A stretch of DNA of 31,147 nucleotides from Haloferacaceae archaeon (GTDB taxonomy: Archaea; Halobacteriota; Halobacteria; Halobacteriales; Haloferacaceae): NCBI GenBank assembly GCA_042217455.1, contig JBDGSQ010000137.1, forward strand, positions 1 through 31,147, written 5' to 3'. Positions 1 through 7,773 of the stretch are shown piece by piece. The stretch's first letter is position 1. The number at the start of each line of letters is the position of its first letter. The notes beneath the pieces were generated by a model. That model saw only the letters and a program-made list of their open reading frames with translations, did not search any database and had not been told where the DNA came from. The position numbers were made by a program, and so were the translations under genes.

Positions 1-83
1 AAAATATTTCTGAATATGTTTATGGACTGAACCATCCGCCGCTCCCCTCGACGTCGGCGGACACCGCTCCGGAGCCGTCACGG

Positions 84-1325
84 TCACTTGACAGACTCTT
101 CCGCCCGCTCCCCCCTCGAATCGCCTGAACTGCCCGCGGCTGGCGACAGGCCGAGCGTCCGCTCGACCCGCTCGGAGTGGCGCATCAGCGTCGTCCCGAG
201 GATGCTCATGACGAGGACGTAGCCGACGACGAGGGCGGGAATCGTCTGGCTCAGCGCGGGCGTCGCTGCCGCGGCCGTCGCCAGCGCGGCGATGACGAGC
301 GAGAACTCCCCGCGCGGGACCAGCGAGAGGCCGACCCGGAGCGAGCGCCGGTCGGTGAGGCCGAACGCGCGCCCGGCGTAGAATCCGCTGACGGCCTTCG
401 TCCCCGCCGTGACGACGACGAGCGCCGCCACGGGGACGACGACGCCGCCGAACGCCGAGGGGTCGGTCACGAGGCCGATAGAGAGGAAGAAGACGCCCGC
501 GTAGAGGTCCCGCTCGGAGGTGATGACCCGTTCGATGCGGGCCGCGTGCGAGGTTCCGCCGAACGCCGACCCGAGGAAGAACGCCGCGACGGCCTCGCTG
601 ACGCCGAGTTCGAGCGCGACGCCCCCGACCAGCACCGCCGCCGCGACGACCTGAATCAGGAAGCGCTCGTCCGACCGGACGTCGTAGAGGCGTTCGAGCA
701 GCGGGGTCCCCACGGCGGCGAGCGCGACGAGCGCGCCGAGGAACGCGAACGACCGCCCGAGCGACGCCGCTATCGACGCCGGGTCGCCGCCCCCGAGGGC
801 CACCGCAGAGAGGAGCGCGAGGTAGACGGCGACGGCGACGTCCTCGAAGACGAGGACGCCGAGGACGGCCTCGCTCTCGGGGTCCGCTATCCAGCCGAGG
901 TCGATGAGCGTCTTGGTGACGATCGCGCTCGACGAGACGTAGACCGCGCCGGCGACGAACAGCGACTCGAAGGGAGAGAACCCGACCAGCAGGCCGAGTC
1001 CGAAGCCGACGGGAAAGTTGACGCCGAGGTCGATCAGTCCGGCCCGGACGAGTCGGTTCCGGCTCGCCAGCAGGCGGTCGAGGTTGAACTCCAGTCCGAT
1101 GAAAAACAGCAGGAAGACGACGCCGAACTCGGAGAGGAGCGTGACGAACTCCCGCGTCTCGACGAGGGCGAGCGAGACGCCCGAGACGGTGGGCGCGTTC
1201 GGCCCGAGGAAGACCCCGGCGACGATGTACGCCGGGATGACCGACTGCCCGATTCTGGCGGCGAGTGCACCCCCGAGGGCGAGAACGGCGAACACGACAC
1301 CCGCCTCGAACAGGACGCCGGCCAT
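84..1325 (-). CDS. Cation:proton antiporter, CPA2 family (KefB/KhtU-like K+/H+ antiporter membrane subunit)
   Basis: 413 aa, about 12 hydrophobic segments. Carries CPA2 motifs LFFIGLEF, SSSAIVTKTL, GVLVFED and PRGEFSLVIA. Its ATG shares 1 bp (TGATG) with the stop of the upstream RCK_C gene. Confidence 0.9.
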   Translation of the reverse strand: MAGVLFEAGVVFAVLALGGALAARIGQSVIPAYIVAGVFLGPNAPTVSGVSLALVETREFVTLLSEFGVVFLLFFIGLEFNLDRLLASRNRLVRAGLIDLGVNFPVGFGLGLLVGFSPFESLFVAGAVYVSSSAIVTKTLIDLGWIADPESEAVLGVLVFEDVAVAVYLALLSAVALGGGDPASIAASLGRSFAFLGALVALAAVGTPLLERLYDVRSDERFLIQVVAAAVLVGGVALELGVSEAVAAFFLGSAFGGTSHAARIERVITSERDLYAGVFFLSIGLVTDPSAFGGVVVPVAALVVVTAGTKAVSGFYAGRAFGLTDRRSLRVGLSLVPRGEFSLVIAALATAAAATPALSQTIPALVVGYVLVMSILGTTLMRHSERVERTLGLSPAAGSSGDSRGERAEESVK

Positions 1326-1804
1326 CAGTCAGCGAGGAGCGACCGGACCGCGGCCTGTTCGGTCCGCGTTCCGAGGACGACCAGCACGTCGCCGGCGCGG
1401 AGCACCCGGTCGGGTTCGGGGTTCGCGACCGTGTCGCCGTCGCGTCGAATCGCCACGACCGACGCGCCCGTCTCGCCCCGGACGTTCGCAGACCGGAGCG
1501 ACTGCCCGGCGAGCGGGGACTCCTCGCCGACAGTGTGCCACTCCATGATGGCGTCGCCGAGCGGCACGTCGAGTTCGTCGACGTCGACCGTCTCGAAGTA
1601 CGCCCCCTCGAGGATGGCGCCGAGGCGACTCGCCTGCCCGGCGTGCAGGTCCAGGAGCTTCTCGCTGTCGGCGTCGGGGGTCGGCCGGTAGAACAGTTCC
1701 CGCCGCCCGTCGTGGTGGAGGACGACCACCGCTCGCGCGTCGCCGTCGAGTTCGAGTTCGAACTTGCGCCCGACGCCCGGAACGTCGGTCTCGTAGACCG
1801 TCAT
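1325..1804 (-). CDS. KhtT-like regulatory subunit of the cation:proton antiporter (N-terminal domain plus TrkA-C/RCK_C domain)
   Basis: Start moved to ATG 1804 (MTVYETDVPGVGRKF..., the typical KhtT-family N-terminus). C-terminal RCK_C signature ESPLAGQSLRSANVRGETGASVVAIRR...PEPDRVLRAGDVLVVLG. Confidence 0.88.
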   Translation of the reverse strand: MTVYETDVPGVGRKFELELDGDARAVVVLHHDGRRELFYRPTPDADSEKLLDLHAGQASRLGAILEGAYFETVDVDELDVPLGDAIMEWHTVGEESPLAGQSLRSANVRGETGASVVAIRRDGDTVANPEPDRVLRAGDVLVVLGTRTEQAAVRSLLAD

Positions 1805-1828
1805 GCGCCCGGATTCGGCCCGCGGACG

Positions 1829-1834
1829 CTTAAG
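1829..1834 (-). promoter_or_regulatory. Putative TATA box (CTTAAG) for the khtT-like/antiporter pair, overlapping the TAA stop of the upstream gene
   Basis: AT-rich hexamer in 70% GC context, about 25-30 bp upstream of ATG 1804. This spacing fits haloarchaeal leaderless transcripts. Confidence 0.5.
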
Positions 1835-3098
1835 TGTCGGCGGGCAGACTCGCCTCCGGGGCCGGGGAGCCGGCGCGCTCTTCGAGTCGTCGGATGTCGT
1901 CCGGTCGGCCGACGACGTACACCTGCTCACCGGGGGTGAGTGCCCGCGCCCGCGACGGGATGGCCTCCACCTCGCCCTCGACAGACCGGACGGCGACCAC
2001 CGGCACGTCGAGGTCGCCGACGGTCCGGGCCGCGAGGTCGCTCTCCTCGGCGACGGTCAGGACGCCCATGGTCTCCTCTGCGTTGCGCAGGAGCGACGCG
2101 AACTCCCGGTCCTGTCGCGTCGGCCCCCACGCGGGGAGGGTCACGAGCCGGTACGCCTCGGCGGGGTCGAGCGCCCCCGCGTCCGCCTCGTCGAGCGCGA
2201 GCGTCACCACGTCCCCGGCCGTCGCCCGGAGCTCGGCCCGGGCGAGCGGTCGGGGGTCGGGCGGACCGGTCCACACCTGCACCACGTCGCCGGGACTCGC
2301 GCTGTGGGCGGGGTCCGCGCGGATGGCGGTGGCGACCGTCCCCGGCGCGAGCGTCGGCCCCAGGCCGGCGACCCTGCTCCCGAGGGCGAGGTACTCGACG
2401 TCGCCGCGGTCCGTGAACTCCACGTCCACGTAGCCCACGCCGTAGTCGGTCTTCACCCGGGTCACGAACCGGTCGCGCAACTCCTCGACGGTCAGCCGAC
2501 CCGGAAAGAGGAGCGTCTTCCCGGCGAGTTCTGCGGTCACCTCGGGGGGCACCGGGTCGTAGGCCTCCATGTCGTCTATCTCCTCGGGGAGCGTGACCGC
2601 GGTGACGCCCCCGACCGAGCGGACGATGCGGCTCACCTCCCCTTCGAGCTGGCGACCGCCCGCGATGGCGAACAGGTCGGTGGCGACCCGGTCGCCCACG
2701 GCCCGCCCCACCGGCGTCGCCAGCGCGGCGACGGAGAACGTGACCGCGTTCCGGAGGACGTCCTCGAGTTCGAAGAGCGACGCACCGCCGCCGCCGATGA
2801 CCTGCTGGAGCGCCGTCGTCGAGTTGAGATAGAGGGCGACCGCGCCGAGACCGAGCAGGACCGTCACGCCCTGCGGGACGGGTTCGCGGGTGTACCACCG
2901 GTGGACGAGCGCCGCGACCGCGGCGACCGTCGCCGCGACGAGGGCAAAGCCCGCGACGCCCGCGACGAACCGCACGAGCGACTCGGCGACGACCGGGAGC
3001 GCCGACCCCGTCTGCACCGGGAGCGCGGAGTCGACCGGTGCCGGGGAGCCGGCGAGCGCCGACACGGTCCGTACCGGAACGACCGCGAGGGCGCTCAT
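1830..3098 (-). CDS. Membrane protein with C-terminal TrkA-C (RCK_C) domain; paralogue of the adjacent upstream gene
   Basis: 422 aa with N-terminal hydrophobic helices, an acidic soluble middle region and an RCK_C-like end (VAEESDLAARTVGDLDVPVVAVR...LTPGEQVYVVG). ATGA overlap with the upstream gene at 3095-3098. Confidence 0.8.
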   Translation of the reverse strand: MSALAVVPVRTVSALAGSPAPVDSALPVQTGSALPVVAESLVRFVAGVAGFALVAATVAAVAALVHRWYTREPVPQGVTVLLGLGAVALYLNSTTALQQVIGGGGASLFELEDVLRNAVTFSVAALATPVGRAVGDRVATDLFAIAGGRQLEGEVSRIVRSVGGVTAVTLPEEIDDMEAYDPVPPEVTAELAGKTLLFPGRLTVEELRDRFVTRVKTDYGVGYVDVEFTDRGDVEYLALGSRVAGLGPTLAPGTVATAIRADPAHSASPGDVVQVWTGPPDPRPLARAELRATAGDVVTLALDEADAGALDPAEAYRLVTLPAWGPTRQDREFASLLRNAEETMGVLTVAEESDLAARTVGDLDVPVVAVRSVEGEVEAIPSRARALTPGEQVYVVGRPDDIRRLEERAGSPAPEASLPADT

Positions 3099-4342
3099 CG
3101 GACCGCCTCCTCGAAGGACGCGAGCGCGCTCGACGCCCCGGTCGCGAACAGTTCGTCGCCCGCCGCCAGCCTCGTCGCCCCCCGCGGGGCCAGCGACCAG
3201 TCGCCGCCGTGCCTGACGCCGAGGACGACCACGTCGTACGTGTCGCGCACCGCGGCGTCTCGGAGGCTGGCGTCCGCGAGGTCGCTGTCCGCGCCGACGG
3301 TGAACTTCCGGAACCGCTTTCCCGCCCGCTGGAGGAGCGCCACGAGTTCGTACTCCCGGTGGGTCCCGCGGGACCGGACGACGAACTTCGCGTCGCCGAC
3401 CTGCAGGAGTCGCTCCGCCTCGGCGCGAGACGCCGAGACGGTCAGCCGCCCCTCGCCGCCGGTCGTGACGGGCGCGGCCGGCACCGCTTCCGGCGGCGTC
3501 TCGTCGCCCGCCTCGTCCTCGCCGCCGTCCGCCTGTCCGTCCTCAGGGTGCGCTTCGACCCGCCGTGTCGCCGCCGGGGCGGTGGTCCCCGCGCTGACGA
3601 CGGTTCCCGCCACCGCGCCCGAACCGGCGTGGACCGTCACCTCGTCGCCGCGGGCGAGCCCGGTCGGAATCAGCCCCGAGAGCGAGACCGCGCGCTCGCC
3701 GGCCGGCACCCGCTTCGAGACGCTCCCGGCGGGCGGCGCGGCCCGGACGGTGGCCCGCGCCCGCTCGTCGAGCGTGACCGACACCTCCGCGAGGTCGAAC
3801 TCCGTCCGGATGCGGTCTGTCACCCGCGTCTCGAGTTCGACGAGCGGGACGTCCGCGGGGAAGGTCCACTCGCCCCGCCGGATGCCCGCTCTGAGGTCTG
3901 CTGAGAGCGGCGGGTAGCCCTCGATGTCGTCGACGTCGCCGACGACGTGGACGCGCACCTGCCCGCGCCCGCCGACGAGTTCGACCACGTCGGTCGAGAG
4001 CGTCCGCTCGCGGAGCTTCTTGAGCGAGATGCGCCGGGGGAACTCCGCGCCCATCTGGTCGCCCTTGGCGTGGGCGTACAGCGCCAGCATCAGGACGACC
4101 AGCAGCGCGACGATGAGGCGCTCCTGTCCCGTCCGGAGGATAGTCGGGTCCGCGAGGGCCAGCAGCCCGCCGTTGACCCCGGCGATGGCGACAGCGAGGA
4201 CGACGACGGCGAATCCGGCGATCGAGACGCCGGTGAAGTACCGGAAGATGAACCCCAGCGTCCACGCGACCAGCGCGGGGATGATGCCCGTCAGGAGGCC
4301 GAGGTAGATGCCGAAGAGAATTTCGATGGGGAGCGAGGCCAT
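3095..4342 (-). CDS. Membrane protein with C-terminal TrkA-C (RCK_C) domain (putative K+ transport-associated)
   Basis: Start placed at ATG 4342 (MASLPIEILFGIYLGLLTGIIPALVAW...), followed by 3-4 TM helices. RCK_C end: VGADSDLADASLRDAAVRDTYDVVVLGVR...LAAGDELFATG. An in-frame GTG at 4420 is an alternative start. Confidence 0.8.
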   Translation of the reverse strand: MASLPIEILFGIYLGLLTGIIPALVAWTLGFIFRYFTGVSIAGFAVVVLAVAIAGVNGGLLALADPTILRTGQERLIVALLVVLMLALYAHAKGDQMGAEFPRRISLKKLRERTLSTDVVELVGGRGQVRVHVVGDVDDIEGYPPLSADLRAGIRRGEWTFPADVPLVELETRVTDRIRTEFDLAEVSVTLDERARATVRAAPPAGSVSKRVPAGERAVSLSGLIPTGLARGDEVTVHAGSGAVAGTVVSAGTTAPAATRRVEAHPEDGQADGGEDEAGDETPPEAVPAAPVTTGGEGRLTVSASRAEAERLLQVGDAKFVVRSRGTHREYELVALLQRAGKRFRKFTVGADSDLADASLRDAAVRDTYDVVVLGVRHGGDWSLAPRGATRLAAGDELFATGASSALASFEEAVR

Positions 4343-4416
4343 GTCCCCCCTGACTCCTCGGAGCGACAAGTGATTACCGGCGTCTGCGGGGGGAGAGACC
4401 GGGAGCCACCGTCTGC

Positions 4417-5037
4417 TCACCCCACGTCGTAGGTGTCCCGGACCGTCTCGGCGAGGAGCCCCCCCTTCCGGAGGGCGATGTAGACGAGGACGAAGGGGTG
4501 GTCGACGGGGCGCATCACGAACACCTCGCGCTCGCCGGCGTCGTGGTTCTGGTTCACCCGTGCGAGGAGCGGCTCCAGCGGGAGCGCGCCGGTCCGGAAC
4601 TCCTCGAAGACGTCGCGCGCGCCGGACTGCTCGGCGAAGACGTAGAGGACGCCGTTCGCCTCGCCGTCGGTGTCGTAGGTGACCCGCGAGTTCATCCCCG
4701 CGCCGTCGGCGACGGCGGCCTCCCACGTCTCGGTGGCCGCCTCGAAGACGCCCGTCACGTCGTCGGCGAACGCCACGACCGAGCGCCTGACGACCGAGAG
4801 GTCGGTGAACCGGGCGGTGCCGGCGTCCCACGCGAGCGTCGCCTCCGCGACGTTCCCCGGTTCGAGGTCCGCGACGGTCGACGCGAGCGGTTCGCCGTAG
4901 CCGGCGGCGTCGACGACGGTCGGTTCGTAGGCGTCCGGCGCCTCCGGGTCCTCGGGGGCGACGTCGACGAGGAGGAGCTTCGACGGCGCTCTGGGGCTCT
5001 CGAGGACGCGGAACCGGCCGCTCGTCGTCAGATCCAT
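4417..5037 (-). CDS. Conserved haloarchaeal hypothetical protein (resembles the DUF6663 family; recalled from memory, needs an HMM check)
   Basis: 206-aa acidic ORF from ATG 5037 (MDLTTSGRFRVL...VLYVFAEQSGARDVFEEFR...PLEPLL...TVRDTY) with halophile codon usage. A TTTTG TATA-like element lies about 25 bp upstream. Confidence 0.75.
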   Translation of the reverse strand: MDLTTSGRFRVLESPRAPSKLLLVDVAPEDPEAPDAYEPTVVDAAGYGEPLASTVADLEPGNVAEATLAWDAGTARFTDLSVVRRSVVAFADDVTGVFEAATETWEAAVADGAGMNSRVTYDTDGEANGVLYVFAEQSGARDVFEEFRTGALPLEPLLARVNQNHDAGEREVFVMRPVDHPFVLVYIALRKGGLLAETVRDTYDVG

Positions 5038-5065
5038 GGGCGACCTACCCGGCGGGACGACAAAA

Positions 5066-5146
5066 GCCGGACGGTCCGGACTCGGGGGAGCACGCCGGAC
5101 GGTTCGTGCCAGGGGAGCACACCGGGCCGTCCGGGCCAAGGAGTTA
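5066..5146. repeat. Degenerate 27-28 bp triple direct repeat in a divergent promoter region
   Basis: Copies: GCCGGACGGTCCGGACTCGGGGGAGCAC (5066-5093), GCCGGACGGTTCGTGCCAGGGGAGCAC (5094-5120), ACCGGGCCGTCCGGGCCAAGGAGTTAT (5121-5147). Confidence 0.6.
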
Positions 5147-5172
5147 TCCCTCAGTCGGTGAATTGACACGCC

Positions 5173-6540
5173 ATGGTACTCTCGGGATCGTTCCTGTACG
5201 CCGGCCTCGGGGTCGTCGTCGTCCTGCTGGCCCTGAGCGCCTTCTTCTCCGGCAGCGAGATCGCCGTCTTCTCTCTCGAACGCCACCGCGTCGACGCCCT
5301 CCTCGACGCCGGCGCACCGGGCGGAGAGACGCTCTCTCGCCTCCGGACGAACCCCCACCGACTGCTCGTCACCGTCCTCGTCGGCAACAACATCGTCAAC
5401 ATCGCGATGGCGAGCATCGCCACGTTCGTGCTGACGGCCCTCCTCGGTCCGGGCGTGGGGCTGACCGTCGCGACCGTGGGGATGAGCTTCCTCGTCCTCG
5501 TCTTCGGGGAGATAACGCCGAAGTCCTACGGCGTGGCGAACGCGGAGTCGTTCGCGCTCCGGGTGGCCGGGCCGCTCTCCGTGATTCAGGCGGCGCTCTA
5601 CCCGCTCGTGGTCTTCTTCGAGGGCGTCTCGCGTGGCATCAACCGACTCACCGGCGGCGAGATGGAGATCGAGCGGCCGTACATGACCCGCCAGGACCTC
5701 GAGACGCTCCTGCAGACCGGCCGGACGCGCGGCGTCATCGACGAGGACGAACACGAGATGGTGCAGGGGGTCTTCGACCTGAGTTCGACCATCGCCCGGG
5801 AGGTGATGGTCCCGCGGGTGAACGTCGTCGCCGTCGACGTCGGGACGCCAATCGAAGAGGTTATCGAGGTCTGTTCGACCGAGCGGCTCACCCGCGTGCC
5901 GGTCTACGACGGGACGCTCGATCACGTGGTCGGCATCGCCGACATCCGCGACGCCGAACGCGCCGCCCGGGAGGGGCGCACGCTCCGGGAGGCGCTCCTG
6001 CCCGTCTATCAGGTCCCCGACACCCGCGAGATAGACGACCTGCTCGCGGAGATGCAGGAGGGCCGCGTCCCGATGGTGGTGGTCCGCGACGAGTTCGGCG
6101 AGACGGAGGGCATCGTCACCGTCGAGGACATCCTCGAGGAGATCGTCGGCGAGATATTCGAGACCGGCGAGGAGCGCCGCATCCGCTGGCGAGACGGCGA
6201 CCTGCTGGTCAACGGGGAGGTGACCATCGGCGAGGTGAACGACGCCTTCGAGGCGTCGCTCCCGCGCGAGGGCGAGTTCGAGACGGTGGCCGGGCTCATC
6301 AACGACCAGCTCGGCCGCATCGGCGACGTCGGCGACGAGGTCGTCGTCGGCGACGTCTCGCTTCGGGTCGAGTCGGTGGAGGGAAATCGCATCACGCGAG
6401 TCTGCGTCCGCAGACGGGTAGCGAATTCCGAGAGTGAATTCCCGACAGGTGAGGGTGAACTCCCGACTGACGAGGGCGAAGCGCCCGGCGACGAGGAGCG
6501 AGAGGACCGGGCGGGAGACGAGGAGGGGAGTGGGGGCTAG
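5173..6540 (+). CDS. Hemolysin/CNNM-CorC family protein (DUF21 TM domain, CBS pair, CorC_HlyC domain); putative Mg2+/Co2+ transporter
   Basis: Motifs LSAFFSGSEIAVFSL, LVGNNIVN, FGEITPKS, AREVMVPR, TRVPVY, DEFGETEGIVTVEDILEEIVGEI and ETVAGLI. Ends in an acidic repetitive tail. Confidence 0.93.
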   Translation: MVLSGSFLYAGLGVVVVLLALSAFFSGSEIAVFSLERHRVDALLDAGAPGGETLSRLRTNPHRLLVTVLVGNNIVNIAMASIATFVLTALLGPGVGLTVATVGMSFLVLVFGEITPKSYGVANAESFALRVAGPLSVIQAALYPLVVFFEGVSRGINRLTGGEMEIERPYMTRQDLETLLQTGRTRGVIDEDEHEMVQGVFDLSSTIAREVMVPRVNVVAVDVGTPIEEVIEVCSTERLTRVPVYDGTLDHVVGIADIRDAERAAREGRTLREALLPVYQVPDTREIDDLLAEMQEGRVPMVVVRDEFGETEGIVTVEDILEEIVGEIFETGEERRIRWRDGDLLVNGEVTIGEVNDAFEASLPREGEFETVAGLINDQLGRIGDVGDEVVVGDVSLRVESVEGNRITRVCVRRRVANSESEFPTGEGELPTDEGEAPGDEEREDRAGDEEGSGG

Positions 6541-6614
6541 ACGGGAGGCGACGAACGGGGTGAGGGCCAGACGGGAGGCGACGAACGGGGTGAGGGCCAG
6601 ACGGGAGGCGACGA
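6511..6614 (+). repeat. 30-bp tandem repeat (about 3.5 copies) spanning the CNNM stop codon
   Basis: ACGGGAGGCGACGAACGGGGTGAGGGCCAG is exact at 6541-6570 and 6571-6600, with a partial copy at 6601-6614. A degenerate copy at 6511-6540 (21/28 matches over 6513-6540) ends in TAG instead of CAG. Confidence 0.9.
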
Positions 6615-6684
6615 GGAGAACCGGCGCGTGTGGGGGCGGCGCGATGGTGAGCGACGGGGCAGACTCCGGACGAGCGCCAGCCGC

Positions 6685-7641
6685 TCACCGCGAGATGTCG
6701 CGCTCGGTGGACGAGAGCACCGCCTCGACCTCCTCCGGGGTGACCACGGCGACGTCGCCGTCGACCGTCCGCTTGACGGCCGCGGTGGCCGCGCCGTAGG
6801 CGAGCGACTCGGCCACCGACCCGCCGCGCTCCCGCCGGACGAGGTAGCCGCCGACGAAGGCGTCGCCGGTGCCGACCGGGTCGAACGTGTCGGCCTCGAA
6901 TGCCTCCTGTTCGTGAATCTCGTCGTCGTGGAGCGCGAGCGCCCCCCTGTCGCCGCGGGTGACGACGACGGTGTCGAAGCCGAATTCGGCGGCGAGTCCG
7001 TTCGCCAGTTCGACGGTCGTCCCCTCCCGGTCGAGGACCTCCCTCGCGTCTCGCTCGGCGACGACGAGGACGTCGACGGCGGGGAACAGCGACTCGTAGA
7101 CCTGCCGGGCCTCCCCCGGTTCCCAGAGCTTCCGGCGGTAGTTCACGTCGAAGACGGTCTGCGTTCCGGCCTCGCGGGCGAGTTCGAGCGCCGCCGCCGT
7201 CGTCTCGCGGAGCGTCTCGGAGAGCGCGGGCGTGATACCGCTCGTGTAGAACGTGCTCGCGTCTCTGAGTATCGACAGCGGGAGGTCGGACGGCGTCGCC
7301 GTCGTCACCGCCGACTCTGTCCGGTCGTAGACCACCTCCGTCCCGCGCGGGTTCCCGCCGTGTTCGAGGTAGTAGGTCCCCGCGCGGCCCTCGTCGGCCC
7401 ACGAGACGCCCACCCTGACGCCGTGGCTCCGGAGTTCGCGGACGACACGCCGCCCGAGCGGCGAGTCCGGGAGTTTCGAGAGCCACACCGCGTCGAGTCC
7501 GAGATTCGCGGCCGCGGCGGCGACGTTGCTCTCTGCGCCGCCGACGGCGACGTCGAGCGTCCGGGTCGTCTCCAGGCGCTCGCCCCGCGGCGGTGTGAGA
7601 CGGAGCATCGTCTCACCGAAGGTGACGATGTCGGCTGCCAT
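6685..7641 (-). CDS. kdgK: PfkB-family sugar kinase, 2-keto-3-deoxygluconate kinase-like
   Basis: Motifs [44 protein letters not shown] and [12 protein letters not shown] (PfkB signature). TTATC TATA-like element about 25 bp upstream. Confidence 0.85.
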   Translation of the reverse strand: MAADIVTFGETMLRLTPPRGERLETTRTLDVAVGGAESNVAAAAANLGLDAVWLSKLPDSPLGRRVVRELRSHGVRVGVSWADEGRAGTYYLEHGGNPRGTEVVYDRTESAVTTATPSDLPLSILRDASTFYTSGITPALSETLRETTAAALELAREAGTQTVFDVNYRRKLWEPGEARQVYESLFPAVDVLVVAERDAREVLDREGTTVELANGLAAEFGFDTVVVTRGDRGALALHDDEIHEQEAFEADTFDPVGTGDAFVGGYLVRRERGGSVAESLAYGAATAAVKRTVDGDVAVVTPEEVEAVLSSTERDISR

Positions 7642-7773
7642 GGCTCTGCACTCGTCCGGGGGGCTGATAAGTCTCTGCCCGCGTTCTCGCTCGCCGAGAC
7701 CACCGGCGCTGGTTCTTCGCGCCCACGTCAGCCGACCGCGCCCGCGCTCCCTTCGGGACGACCGGGGCCCCGG

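Noticed and set aside
1-35. AT-rich stretch at the window edge as an IS end or island boundary
   Set aside because: No matching inverted repeat, target duplication or transposase in the window. More likely a promoter of a gene outside the window, but this cannot be assessed.
35-118. Degenerate direct repeat (TCCGCCGCTCCCCTCGA at 35-51 vs TCCGCCCGCTCCCCCTCGA at 100-118) across the antiporter stop
   Set aside because: Fits the gene-end duplication pattern but is short, C-rich and gapped, so too weak to list on its own.
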